Shown: positions 51,031 through 64,000 of the stretch, piece by piece
Numbering within the stretch: the stretch's first letter is position 1
Layout of the letters: every line of letters begins with the position of its first letter
Assembly: GCA_002269645.1 (NCBI GenBank)
Contig: NIVC01000225.1
Coordinates: forward strand, 62,001 to 126,000
Direction of reading: 5' to 3'
DNA length: 64,000 nt
Origin: Macrostomum lignano
Taxonomy: Eukaryota
The notes under the pieces: model-generated
Seen by the model: the letters and a program-made list of their open reading frames with translations, nothing else
Told to the model about the DNA's origin: nothing
Databases searched by the model: none
Program-made: the position numbers and the translations under genes

Positions 51031-52489
51031 AGTATAACATTTCAGTGCATGTACCCAGTATATAACCCCAATATGCTTAATAGCATTAAGACTATCATTA
51101 TGTATCACATTATTATAACTTTTGGAAACATTTCAACTTAACTCCTAAGTACAAAATTATATATATTTGTCTTGCTTGCTAAATAAATATTAGTTTCTAT
51201 ATCTAGAACAAGTCTTATTGTTATTGTTTCCTTTTGATTTTAAATTTACATAGCATTATTTATTTTTTCTAAGCAATTATAGAAGTATTATATGTGTATT
51301 TTTGTATATTTATTATTAAGCAGTCTGGGAATCCATAGCAAAGTAATTTTTAAACATACAGAGTTTTCATTTTTATAGATATTGTAACAAGGTTTAACTT
51401 AAATCCTAAGATCTAATACCAAGTTGTCCTAGGGGTTGCTTTTGTCTTTTTGAAATATTCTATTTTTTGAACTAATCTCACTGCTATGACCAATGTTGTC
51501 CTAGGGCTATCCTACCTCTTAAATAATTTTATTGTTGTTACCAAGTTGTAACGTAGTCCTCTGCAATGTAATATTTTGATATACTTTTAATACTATACTA
51601 TTTCCTAGTAGTGTATCATGTAAAATTAGTAGAATATTATATATTATTTGCCTAAGTAGTCTTTTGGCACTATACTTTATCCTATCTTATGATTCTCTCC
51701 TATTGAGAATTTCTCTTAGTCTGTGCATTACTGGGATCAGAAGGTCACAGCTTACATTAGTAGATTTGGTAGACTCCTTGATTCTACATCTTAATCTAAT
51801 TGTCCTTACCGTTTGGTAGATGTTCTGCCCTTAAAGTGATTTCTTAGATTCTAAATCTAAAGGTCTTATTCTGAAAGGTTTATTCTCCTATTCTATGGGG
51901 TATGTTACTATCTATTACTCAAAATAAGTAACATGAAAGTAAGCACTAGCTTTAAGGCTGATTATCAATTTTATCTCCAAATTATAATAGTTGGAGATAT
52001 CAGAAGCTGATCAATCTAGAAAGAGTTTGAGTTATAAAAACAAGTTTAAGATCAAATTCAAGTTTATTTTATTTTTGCTGCCATTTTTATTTATAGTAAA
52101 ACTTTCCTTGTTGAAAGACAATAAACCAGTAAATACCACAAAAATGCAATAGCAAATCAATAATTTTTTCTATGGTATCTTATTGTTGCAATATTGTACC
52201 TAATAAGATGTGTGCCATATGTGACACACTAAAGAAAACAATTTTTGTTTAAAAAATAATATTCACAATATTTTCAATATTGTGTACATTAAAACAAAAT
52301 TGTACAATTTTAAATATAACATTTTCTAAGAGATAAATAGGCCTATTGAAGTATATAATATATATGGGAATATATGTCTCCCATTGAGTTAGTTGCCAGC
52401 TATCTAGAAGGGGATATGCATTAAATCTAGCAAGCTGGTCCACTCAGCTTTAGATATAAGAGATATACCCATTGGATTTTGAGCTTCTA

Positions 52490-53610
52490 AAGTAGGCATG
52501 AAAGGTGAAGAGTTTTGCACCTTCTGCCTGACTTTCGCCTCTCTTATGCCTATTTTGTGCCACTTGTGCACCTTTTGTTCACCTGAGTGCCTCTGCAGGG
52601 TCAGAAGGTGAATTTAAGGCACGAACTAGGCGGTAGGGGCACAGGTGTCGTAGGGGATTTAGGTGCATTAAAGGTGCACAGTGTGCATTGGAGGCACAAA
52701 AGGTGAACAAAGTAGGAATTGGGGGCATTGGTGGAGTGAAAGGTGAAAAAAGGTGCGCTGCGGTAGAGGTGCATAAAAAGTGTACAGTGTGCACTGGAGG
52801 CACAAAAGGTGAATAAAAGGTGCACAGTGGGCACTTTAAGTGTAGAGGCAATGCAAGGGGCATTTAAGTTTCAACTGGCAAAGTTCTTTGCTACCTTTTC
52901 TCACTATTCGAAATTTTTCCTCACTAATGCAAACCTTTTCATCAGTTTTCGGAACTTTTGCTGAGCATTTGAAAGTCATTAAAACTTATTAGTATAGGGA
53001 ATGTTTAGTTTCGTGGTTTGTCAGGATCAGGAAGGGGATAGCAGCGATTAGTAAAGGTGTAAATAAATCTATGTTCAATCTGTGAGTGCAGTGTACGAGT
53101 ATGTAACTCTCAGTTAATTTTTTGTTACGAATTATTAATGCGTTAATTTGTGCATAGGCATAAAAGGTGAGCGAGGTGCTCAGAAAAGGCACTTTAGGGG
53201 TCTATTTCAAGCATGTTTTGGAAATGCACCTGTATACATATTTACGCTGCAACATGTACACCTTATACACCTCTTATTCACCTTTCGTGCACTTTCTGCG
53301 CCCTTTCAGCACCTTACCTGCACCTGCTGTGGCTCACTTGTGAGCCTGCTGTTCACCTTTTGTGCACCTCCAGTGCCCCTTCAGCACCTTTACTGCCCCT
53401 ACCGCCACAACCAATCCAAATTGAGAATTCACCTACTGCCTGACCACTTCACCGATTTTACACCTTTCATGCCTCTTTTCAAAAATATTGGTGACATTTA
53501 GGCATAAAAGGTGCACTCAGGTGCATTTCCAAAACATGCACGAAATAGGCCACCAAAGTGCCTCTTTTGTGCACCTCGCTCACCTTTTATGCCTCTGCAG
53601 GTGCACAACT
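52490..53610. mobile_element. Complex foldback-like element built from AAAAGGTG/CACCTTTT motifs, with a ~75-bp inverted repeat pair
   Basis: GGCATAAAAGGTGAGCGAGGTG..CATGTTTTGGAAATGCACCTG (53157-53231) is inverted at 53518-53593. Segment 52600-52820 is inverted relative to 53340-53440. Confidence 0.6.
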
Positions 53611-54844
53611 TTTCCAACGGGATATTTTATACTTAATATAATCAAAACTCATTGAATTTAGTGATGTTCAATATAATTTTATATTTAAAAATCACTAATA
53701 ACTATGAGGCTTAATGCTTAGCAGTATGTTTCTAACCCATTAAAAATCCTAAACTATTACAAAAACAGAAAAGTTGAGAATCAATATAAAAGAAGCATAA
53801 AATAATTCTATTTATATGACTTTAGTTTACTTTTTTCTAAAATAATTAGCCTTATAGATATGAGATATAAATTATACTGGCCAAACAGGCTTTTTGCCTG
53901 AGCCAAACTTACTACTGTTAGTATATTAGTATGAGTAGAAGTAGATAAACTCTAAACTTTTACATAAATTTAGTTCTTTTACATAAAGTTTAAATCTGCA
54001 TGTTTAGAGCTAAAATTTTGGCAACTATAAACTATATTTGCTTTTCAAATTCCCTCATTTTTCTTTGAAAGAAACCAAAAAACTGTAAAAGTACCTTTAA
54101 AAGTTTAATTCAATTTTTAGCAATCGCTTTAAGCAAATTTACTGAAAATTGCTGCTTCTATCCTACCACCCTGCCTAATCTGAACAACAATGTCTGGCGA
54201 TATGAACAAATCAGGTGAGCATTTCGCTTTTATGGCTACTTATAGTAACAAAATTGAGGAACCCACATAATTGAGCACTAAGCACTCTTGGCGTCCCAGT
54301 CTCTTCTGTCCCCCTCCTTTGTCGGTCCCGCAGCCTGGCCCCATTTCCTGTCTCCCCCCTCCCGTATCAATTTTATTCTGGGCGCGCCGTCCCGCAGCCC
54401 TGCTCAGCTGGCCGCAAAGTCTTTGTAGATTTCTTTCTCTGATGATGCTTGTCAAAATGCTCCACCATTGCTTCTGCTGTCTGCTTTTTCTGCTATCACT
54501 TTCTGTCGATATTTGAAAACATGAGCTCGCCCTGCTCAATGCGCCGCAAACCCGGCCGAGATTGGACTGCCAGGAATTCCCCTCAGGGCACTTGTCAGCC
54601 GGCCTGCCATGCGGGTCTCAGGATGCTGGGAGGCAGCTGATGAAGCTGAGCGCCCCGTGAGCAATGCTGCTGAAGCCAAAGTATCTCAAATCATATTCAT
54701 TGATTGGAGAAAGGTGACACTTGACGTGAATTCGGTTTGGGTTTCAATATTTTCCTGTATTTTTGTTGAGACGGACAGCGAGTTCTATGCTTCTTGTGTT
54801 GTGCTCAAACAGAACAGGCTGTGTTAGTGAAATCAGTTGGGTAA

Positions 54845-55610
54845 ATACTCGTAGTTTATTGATCGTAGTTGATAAATACTATACTCGTAGTTGATTGATA
54901 CTCGTAGTTTATTGATACTCGTAGTTTATTGATACTCGTAGTTTATTGATACTCGTAGTTTATTGATACTCGTAGTTGATTGATACTCGCAGATGATTGA
55001 TACTCGTAGTTGATTGATACTCGTAGTTGATTGATACTCGCAGATGATTGATACTCGCAGATGATTGATACTCGTAGTTGATTGATACTCGTAGTTGATT
55101 GATACTCGTAGTTGATTGATACTCGCAGATGATTGATACTCGTAGTTGATTGATACTCGTAGTTGATTGATACTCGCAGATGATTGATACTCGTAGATGA
55201 TTGATACTCGTAGTTGATTGATACTCGCAGATGATTGATACTCGTAGTTGATTGATACTCGTAGATGATTGATACTCGTAGTTGATTGATACTCGCAGAT
55301 GATTGATACTCGTAGTTGATTGATACTCGCAGATGATTGATACTCGTAGTTGATTGATACTCGCAGATGATTGATACTCGTAGTTGATTAATAATCGTAG
55401 TTGATTGATACTCGCAGATGATTGATACTCGTAGTTGATTGATACTCGCAGATGATTGATACTCAGTTGATAGTTACTCGTAGTTGATTGATACTCGTAG
55501 TTGATTGATGCTCTTAGTTGATAGATAATCGTAGTTGATAGATAATCGTAGTTGATAGATAATCGTAGTTGATTAGTTGATAGATAATCGTAGTTGAGTT
55601 ACTCGCAGCT
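54845..55610. repeat. Minisatellite, 17-bp unit (TAGTTGATTGATACTCG / CAGATGATTGATACTCG)
   Basis: Direct tandem repetition with two alternating variants. Confidence 0.97.
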
Positions 55611-56484
55611 GGTGCACAACTTGCATGGCTGACGTCTTGGTCGGTCTATTGACCGGTTCCTGGCATTCGCCAGTGACTGAATCTCTGCGGCTGCCTGGAG
55701 TTTCTGTACTCAGGCATTCTCAGATCCCGTCTACGTTCTCAGAGCTGTTGTTCCCCCCCCCCCTGGTTGCCCCCACAAAACACTCCGTTTCTCCCCCCTC
55801 ATCTGCTTTCATGCGGCTCTCTGTCCTCGTAAGGGGAGTTTTCTAAGAAACACCGCGGCCCCAGCGACCCAGAACCGGCCTTCCTCCTCTCCGTTCCCTA
55901 TTGAAATCTGCTCACGCAGTCCCGGCTATTGAAACTGCCCCGCTAGACCAGCGATGGCGCGTTTCCTCGCAAATCTGGACTACAAGAGCCCAGCTTCCGG
56001 CGCGGAAATTGCTAATAAATGTCAGCATGCAAATTAGGGGGCTCAGCGCTGGGGCCTGAGCTTGAGTCCGCCCGCCCGCACGCTCAGACACGCACGACTC
56101 AATAAGCTCCGGTCCGGGGGAGACGCCGGGGAGCGCCGGTGAGGATTAAGATAAATGGGACAGGCCCGGCGCTGGAGGTGGCTCTTTGTCACCCGGCCTC
56201 CCCAAGATGGATTGTTTGGTGAAGGAAACTCGCGTGTAAATCACCGCCTCGCTAGCAGCAACAACGGCCGATTAAGGCCCGATGGCGTGCGCGCAACAAA
56301 CCTCAGGGCGCCGGGCTCCTTCCATTTCCTGACCCCTGCGCCCAGCCTCCCTTGCCTGGCTGCTCTTCATCTTCTCCGGCTTCCTCGCAGATGTGGGTCC
56401 TGAGTGTTTTTTGCTCTCAGTTTCCGGGGCTCTGAATTTGAATTGGTATATTGAATATATTCGTGTATAAATTTTCCTGTTTTC

Positions 56485-56945
56485 TTGAAATTGTCTTAGG
56501 TGAGATTCTCTTGAGATTGTCTAAGGTGAGATTCTCTTGAGATTGTCTAAGATGAGATTCTCTTGAGATTGTCTTGGGTGAGATTCTCTTGAGATTGTCT
56601 TGGGTGAGTTTCTCTTGAGATTGTCTTGGGTGAGATTCTTTTGAGATTGTCTTGAAAAGATTCTCTTGAGATTTTCTTAGGTGAGATTGTCTTGGGTGAG
56701 ATTCTCTTTAGCTTGTCTTATGTGAGATTGTCTTGGGTGAGATTCTCTTGAGCTTGTCTTATGTGAGATTGTCTTGGGTGAGATTCTCTTGAGCTTGTCT
56801 TATGTGAGATTGTCTTGGGTGAGATTCTCTTGAGCTTGTCTTATGTGAGATTGTCTTGGGTGAGATTCTCTTGAGCTTGTCTTGGGTGAGATTCTCTTGA
56901 GCTTGTCTTGGGTGAGATTCTCTTGAGCTTGTCTTATGTGAGATT
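56485..56945. repeat. Minisatellite, ~26-bp unit with 15-bp subunits (GTGAGATTCTCTTGAGATTGTCTTGG)
   Basis: Direct tandem repetition. Confidence 0.95.
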
Positions 56946-59782
56946 ATTGTGAAACTATCATATGAATATTTTTGAGCTTATCCTATCTAAGATTCTGCAA
57001 ATTATGATTGTCAAATGCATGTTAATGACGCGATTAATGAGCAGGTAGACAAGTATATTGCCATCTAGTATAGCCTATATAAACTTACGCTTTGTAGTCA
57101 GTCAGCGTTGATTTGAAAGCCTGTGACGTGCGGCTTCCTGGCTGAAATCTTGGCCTGACTGCCTTGAACTTTGGCATTCATTTTTTCAATCTTTTTTCAT
57201 TCGTTCCGCCTCGCGCGTCACAGCCGGTGATGCAGGGGGCGACTTGTTTTTCTTTTTTTTCTGCTTTGTTATTCATTTCGCATCCAGCCGGAGGGGCTGA
57301 CAAGTCAAACTGAGCAAACAGCCCGAAGGTAGGCGTTTTTGTTGAACTCTAAATTTGAAATGGTACGAGCTAGTATTAGAATTGTGAGACCTTCGAGTCG
57401 GCCTTGCTCGGCTTGACTCGGCTCAGCTCGGGTCGGTTGGCTATGAGAAAATTAAAAGCAACTCCAGTTCGGGAAGCGGGGGATGAGGATTGGAATTGAG
57501 CCGTCCTGACGCAAGCTGGCGGGCGGGGCCGACTGTTACGTCATAAGCCGGGCTGTTTGTCTGTCGCAGATTGAATTTTTGACGCTTATTATGAGCTCGA
57601 GAAGCTGACTGGGGGCTGGGATTGGGATGAGCTTGAGCAGCCCTTTCGGTGTTGAGTTTGGGCTGAGTCGGGACTGCTGGTTACTGGGCCATTACCAACG
57701 AGCGGGGGTTGACAGGGAGACAGCTAGCGGGCCGGCTCATCAGACTGGAGCTGCAATGCTTGGGCGCATTTAAAGGCACTTAATTACCATGGGGCTGCTG
57801 CAGCCGGCCGGTCTCTCAAGGAGGCCCCCCTCCCGTGGCAGCGAAGTTTCACTGAGCGGAAATCATTTAGACAGAGGCGTAATGAGAAGTGAATTGTCTC
57901 CTTCCGCCAGCCAGCGCCTCCCAAGCGGCCCCCTGTAGCTGGCCGGCTCTCTTTGATCTGATCGGCTACAAATCGCTTCTTAATACTTGGCCGGGCCGTG
58001 GCCATGATGAAATATTCAACGCGCCTTCGGGACCGGCCGTGACTCACCCCGACTCTCGCCTGCTGTGCGATCAACTTTGGCCAAGCCGTTCTGTTCTGTC
58101 ATTAAAGAGGCGGGCGATTATAAAGTTTAGAAACTTTCTTTGAGTCAATCACGGACTAGGCGGTGCGACTATTTTGATGCAGCATCAGCTTCCACAAGCT
58201 CCTAATGCTCTCTACGTTGCAGCCCGATTCTGCCCGAACCCTAACCCAGCTTTTGAACTTCGTAGCATATCCATATCTTATATAGCCTTTTTACTCACAA
58301 TCCCCTTCTAATCAGGCCTGAAACTCACAAGCTTAACACCCGTTCCCAGTTTTCCAACTCCAAAAATTACAAACTTTCTAAATCCCAAATTAGAAAGCAC
58401 CAGAACTTTCCAAAGCTAAAAAAATCATGACTGAATCAACCTCCAAGACTTGAATCAGAAGCTTCCTAAATCCCATTTTTCGTGATTCGTGAACTCCAAT
58501 GTGGCGGTGTCTGGTGCATGAAGACAGATATTCACAGGCTTTACTATTCATTCCTGTCTGCAGAGAGCTGTCCGATGAGCTCAGTCTGCATACACTTGGC
58601 GGCATTAATTGGTCCTGGACTCCTGGCTCAGCCACAAAAATCCGTCTTTCTTGCTTGTGGCTCATTTTGAACTGTTTGCTTAATGCGATCGCCCCATTCT
58701 CTGTTGTCAATTACTAGAAGGAGTTGCCATGCCGCAGTTGTGACAGGCCGGTGGTTGAGACGCCGACTCAATCAAGTTGAGAATGTTGAGCCTTTAAATA
58801 GCAACTTTTAATAGGCCTATCCATAGTTCTGTTTCATATGGAACCTGCGGGCTATGCGGCTGCGATGTTTATCTACTGCGGGGCGGAGGTCGCAGACGGC
58901 CGCCTCAGCAGGCCAACGCAGATCTGGCGTGTCGATATTGCGAGTTTGCCCTTGATTTATCGCCTTGTTTTCCCTTGCCAACTGCCGCCCCGCACCATTC
59001 CAAAACACTGCAGGGCCATTCTATATTGCCGTCCCCGCCTCAACTTGCAAGACGTTGATAAAGCGATTGAGGCCATTATTTAGCGAGGATGTTTTTAAGC
59101 GGCAGTGGAAGGTGGAGAAAATTGTGCAGCCAACTTAACTATGAGCGCAAAGAAATCCTGGGATTAAAATCCCAACTAATCTTAAGGAAATGCGAGCAAT
59201 AAAATAGCGAATTTTGAGTTTCTGATGGCTGCCGGCTGGCTATCGGCTGTCAGGCCGGCAGTTCTGTGCGTGTATTTTGTGTTTAAGACTGTCCCTCTGC
59301 TTCTGCTATGCTTTGAAATTGCTTTTTTATATGCGCTTTCGGAATGGGGGGGGTCCGAGCTCGCTGATGGGGCGGCAAGAGCAGATTAGGAATAGGGAAG
59401 AGTTTTAGGGTCAAGCAGAAATCGAGATAAGACTGCACAGTCTCACGGCTATCTTTTTATACATGTGTGGGATTTCCGTGTTTGACGAATAAAAGCAGAA
59501 TTTACAGAAAAAAGACAACAGTTCGCAAATTCGGACCGAGCTTGGCCTAGTGCCGACCTCAGTCCGTATGCAAGCAATATGGCCTAAGCATTGTATAATA
59601 GATTTATGCATGAAACCTGTATAGTCAACACGATTAGATATATATGATATGGTAATAATACGGTGGGCATTGCATGCGCTACCTACGGCCCTGCGGCCTT
59701 TTGCTATGTTCTTGGGAAAGTCCCAACTGTGTTCTGCAAAGTGAGTCAATTGTTTAGGTATGTAATTATCAGCTTAAAAATG

Positions 59783-61062
59783 TCACGTGTCGGGCGAGTC
59801 GGCGGCAGCAACGGCAGCCGGAGTTTCTGCCGTCGGGCTCGTCGGCGATGTTGCCGTGGTCGCTGGTGTGGGCGGCTTGGGACTGGGGAAGAGGCCGCTT
59901 GGCGGGATCAGCGGCAGCTGCGGCCGCGATAGCGGGAATGTTGGCGGCGGCTGAGGCTGTGACGGTGGCGACTGCTGGGCGGTTGTGCATCTGGGCGGCG
60001 GTGGCAGAGCGCCGAGAGGCGGCGGTGCAGCGGAGGCGACAGCGGCAGCAGCACTGGCGCGGCAGATCATGTCCATGTTGGCGATGACCTGATGCGCGCC
60101 CGGGTGGAAGGCCCAGTAGGGATTGGTCTGCAGGATGCGCTGCACCGCGGCAAAGTTGCCGGCCTCGGCCAGAAGTTCCAGGCCGACCGCTGTCTGCCGT
60201 TTCCACTTCGTCCTGGGCGGTGGGGTTTAGAAAATCATTTTTGCTTTTGTTTGCTTTGTAGCTTGAGAAATGGGCCCTTAACTAATAAAGGTGCTGATAT
60301 TAATGACAGTCTCACCTGCGATTCTGGTACCAGGTCTTGACTTGAGTATCGGTTAGATTCAGCCTCGCCGCCAGCTCCATCCGGTCCTGCACGCTGAGGT
60401 ACTTCTGCCTTTCAAACGCCCGCTCTAGCTCGTTCAGCTGGTTGTCCGAGAAGGCGGTGCGCGCCTTGCGCGGCTTCTTTGCTTTCTGATCCCGGTGGTG
60501 CATTCCTGTATTGGAAAGATCGAAGTCAATAAATTAGATATAACTACACCAGTTTAGCTCAATCTTGGGAATTTTATCCACCCGAAAGCCCGCACTCACT
60601 GGCTTCGTGTCCGCCGCTTCTGTCGCCAGCGTGCCCTGCAAACTTTTCACCAGCGCCGCCTCCGCCAGCCGCCCCGGAACCGCGCGACCACTTCGCCTCC
60701 AGCAGATCGTCGTCTTCTTCGTCGTCCATCTCGTCGTCGTCTTCATCATCCTCGATGACGGCGTCTTCGGGCTCGCCAATCGAGCGTCTGCGCTCGTCCC
60801 CGCTGCCACCATCGCCAGCGCTGTTATTGTTTGAGTCGCCGCCCAGGATGTCAGTGATCATGAAACCGGTTGTCCGCCTGCGGACCTGTACGGAGGGCCG
60901 TGTTACCATTACTGCCGCAGCCGCTGCAGCGGCCGCCGACACTATAGCTTCGGCCTTTTCTGTGGCTTGCTCCACTGCGTCCTCGGTAGCAGCTTCGGTT
61001 GTCTCTGCATTGTCGCGATATTCCGCTGAAATTGTGGCTGTAAGGCGTCTCACTGCCGGCAT
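59783..61062 (-). CDS. BARHL: BarH-like homeobox transcription factor, ~360 aa; exons 61062-60600, 60505-60316 and 60212-59783
   Basis: eh1 motif FMITDILG. Homeodomain [55 protein letters not shown]|TKWKRQ with the Bar-specific WYQN, followed by [17 protein letters not shown] introns are in phases 1 and 2. The first in-frame ATG is at 61062. Confidence 0.93.
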
Positions 61063-61538
61063 GCTGCTGTCTGCTGAGCTGCTTCGCTGGCTTCGGCTAG
61101 AGGGAATATCAGTTGCGATTTCTACCAGCAACAACGATTTTGGTGCGATGAGTAGCGAGCTCTTGAGGCCACTTTTTATGTTCGGGAGGAAGGGGTCGTT
61201 TGAGAAGGGGGTTGGGCGGCGCTGGGGATGGGGTTGCTGGCTTGGGGTGGGAGGCCCGCGTTGATGGGAAATATTTCCGCTCGGCTTGTCTGATTTGCTC
61301 GGCCGCAAATGGGCTCGGGGATGAGGCGGTGCGGAGCTGCTGGCGGATGAGGTGACGAAGATAGGACACTTTTCCTGGCCGCTTGTACAATTCCGTCAGT
61401 CAGTGAAGGGAAAGCTTTTATCGCCGACTCTGAGACCTCTTGATAAAGCGGCGGGGGCCACACTCCTCACTTAATCAGGGGAAGAGAGCTGGGTGGGGCG
61501 CGGAATGGGAACTGGATGGGACGCCCCCGTGTGGTCGC

Positions 61539-61584
61539 CCAATCAGAACTAATTGCTATTGGCTGCAAGCCGGCGCTATCCAAT
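61539..61584. promoter_or_regulatory. Cluster of three CCAAT boxes upstream of the BarH-like gene
   Basis: CCAAT at 61539, ATTGG at 61558 and CCAAT at 61580, about 20 bp apart and ~480 bp upstream of the ATG. Confidence 0.35.
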
Positions 61585-64000
61585 CATGGGCAGATTAAGT
61601 GAGCTTTGATCAGCTTTTACTGCTGTCGATTATCGGCTGTGGAGAGTCGACACTGATGGGGAAGCCGAGGGGCCGCCTGTCAGCTGTGATTTGCAAACGG
61701 TCTCTCCCTCCCGGAGACTGGCTCAGAAGTGTCTCTCGTTTCTAAGCCCCTCTCTTTCTTTTCCTGTCTCTTCACACACAATTCTCAGCGTCTTTTAAGT
61801 GGGCAAAGGAATTAGGGGAAGAGTTGCTGCCCCCGCCTGGGTCCTCTTTCTATTCCCCTTTCCCTCATCCGCGTCCCCCAGCGGATTTCCTCGCTGCCAC
61901 TTCCAGCTATTCCTATTTTCTATCCCAGAAGTGGCCAGTCCCCCTTCGGAGACTCATTCGCTCCTGGCGGGTCGGGGTTGGCGTGGCCGCTCGACCATGC
62001 GAAATTGTCACGGCCGCTCTGTCTGGCTTGCCACTTTCCCCGGCTGTATCGCTTGAAGGCTTGTAAAAATGAGGCAGGGTCGAATTTGTGCAAAGCAATA
62101 GCACAGAGTCCGGTCCGCATAGGACGATCGTAGCGACGATCGCATAGGAAAAGCTCCCCTATTTTTGTTTAGCAAGTCTCCGTGTTACCGTGTACCACGT
62201 GAAAGTCACAGCAGTTTGCTGCGGTAATTAGCTGTCGGCCCCGATCTGCAATTGTCGATATTGACCCTTGGGGTTCTCGCGAGTGACGCCCGCGTCAAGG
62301 ATGCCTGTCTGAGATTTTGAGCTGGCGAGTGCAGTACAAACTAGCGGATCAACTGGCTGCTGCGAGACCCCATAGCTAATCGAATGCAGCCTCCGGGGGG
62401 CCGAGCTCTCTACCCCTGCCATGTCCCTTTTTGTGTTCGCCAAATAAATGAAATATTTAGCAATTTAATTAGCAAAAAGTCAGTCTCTCGGGAGCCTTCT
62501 GATTATGCTAATTAGCTGCTTGAATCCAGCCATCGGAGCTGTTCAATTTTCGCTTTTCACGATAGGGGCTTTGCACGCCTGAGTTGGCGTGAGTGCCGCC
62601 AATGCAAACTGACTGCTGCCGCATCCCCGGGGCTCTCGGGCGCTGCCGCGGCTCCTCACTTGTCATGCACGGCGCGGGTTGGGAGGGGCTTATCAGGCCA
62701 TCAGGCCTGTCTACACTCTGTAGCCCTGGGGCGGCGGCGGCCCGTCGGAGTCTGCGGCATGGCTAGGATTGATGCCGGACCTGGCATCAAGTGTCTGCGA
62801 CTCACCAGCTTCGGGGCGATTCGCCGCAGTGAGACAGAAAGAAATGTATAAAGGTGACACGGACATATCTTTGCTGGGATATTTCTCCCTTGCATCTTTA
62901 TCTGGCCAGGGCGCAGTGTCGCGCCTGGTAGCCATGCTATTATCTCTGCGTGTGTTGCTAGTCTCCCTAATCTCCCGCTGATCCCCCGACCTTGTTTCTC
63001 GCTTCCCTGTCAACTCGCCTCTTCGTCTGTGTACATTTCTCTGTCCAGAAATGTCATGCAATTTACTGCACAGCGTGACTGAAAACAAGTTTTGTGCTCT
63101 TTCGCCTCTGAAACTTTAAATAACTTGTTGCCATGCCTAGTTGCAAGCTATAAGGTGCTAATTGATTTGGGAACTCCACTCGTGTAAACAACAAAGTGTG
63201 AGCAAATAAGAAACCTGCCTCTTTAATCTCCCAAATTGCTTTGTTTGCCTGCGTGTTTTACACTGTCTACTTTGGCTGCAAATTTAATTGCGACTTCATC
63301 GGAGATGCCATCTTGTCTTTTTGTGTGCGCCCGTCTTCGCATGCACAGCTCATCTCGGCCAAAGTGTCCCACGGGGAATATCTCAATCTGCCGAAATCAT
63401 CGCTTTTCACTCCGTTTTCCTTGAGTTCTCCTGCTATCAGTTTCTCTCTCTCTCTCGGCCTGAATTGAGCCTAAATTGAGTTGAGTGTGTGACGCATTGG
63501 ACAATGTTATATTGCTGGCGCCGTGATCTTGCTTGGCCCTGGGATGTCTTTCTGTCTGCGACTCTCGACTCCGCTAAGAGGCCGATCATTATCAAGCAAA
63601 ATTGTGTTTTTTGTGTTCTACCCCCTCCCCCTTATTCTACCCACTTCCCCTTGCTCCATTGATAGCTCGAGTGACTCATAACTGCATGAATATGGCTATG
63701 AAATGAAAATGTCTCAATTTCGTTATTTCGCTGGAGTCCCGCCCGCCTGCCACCTGTCCAAGTCCCCTACTCCCCTGTCCAATGCCCTGTCTGTCCCCTG
63801 ATGGGGAGAATTTCCCCGGAGTTCTCTCAATTCGCCATTATCCCCCTTCCGACGTTTCGCATTTATTGCAGAGCCACTTAGAAGTGATGAGGCCGGGCTG
63901 TTGTAAGATTTTTTTAGTTGTTGTTCCCCGTCCCGCTCGCTTCCCCTGATCATTTATTAACCATGCTGGATTGTCTGCGCACGCTTCATTTCACAGCTTA

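Noticed and set aside
54190-54660. Possible micro-exon ATGTCTGGCGATATGAACAAATCAG|GTGAGC
   Set aside because: The downstream acceptors I tried give only very short, featureless peptides.
61063-61308. Upstream extension of the BarH ORF
   Set aside because: It starts at TTG with no in-frame ATG before 61062, so it is treated as 5' UTR.
62228-63953. Short ORFs upstream of BarH, including the 125-aa ORF at 62711-63088
   Set aside because: No homology cues, codon bias or consistent splice sites; probably regulatory or intergenic DNA.

Overview
This is a eukaryotic, metazoan genomic window. It has GC3-rich exons, GT-AG introns that are either about 80 nt or filled with minisatellites, and many transposon relics. 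The style suggests a free-living flatworm such as Macrostomum, which is inference only. Hand-spliced genes in order: the 3' end of a DOCK9/10/11 (zizimin) GEF (+); a 90-aa secreted six-Cys defensin-like peptide missed by the ORF track (+); an N-acylated globin-X-like globin (-); a 635-aa acidic protein with a possible degenerate KH fold (-); a 288-aa hypothetical protein (+); a prostanoid (EP-like) GPCR with an apparent frameshift (-); PTRH2 (-); ANP32 (-); an Rh-family ammonium transporter (+); and a BarH-like homeobox gene (-). Mobile DNA includes a tRNA-type SINE, an RTE-like LINE 3' end with an inverted partial copy, several MITE or foldback elements (some with 8-bp TSDs), Gypsy integrase remnants and a dead DD37D Tc1/mariner (maT) transposase. 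The most unusual signal is in sharply bounded blocks of old repeat DNA. These are nearly CpG-free and TpA-rich, and the transposase relic shows CG>TA, CAG>TAG and TGG>TAG changes at conserved codons, resembling fungal RIP in an animal-like genome. All splicing, counts and alignments were done by eye; no database searches were run.
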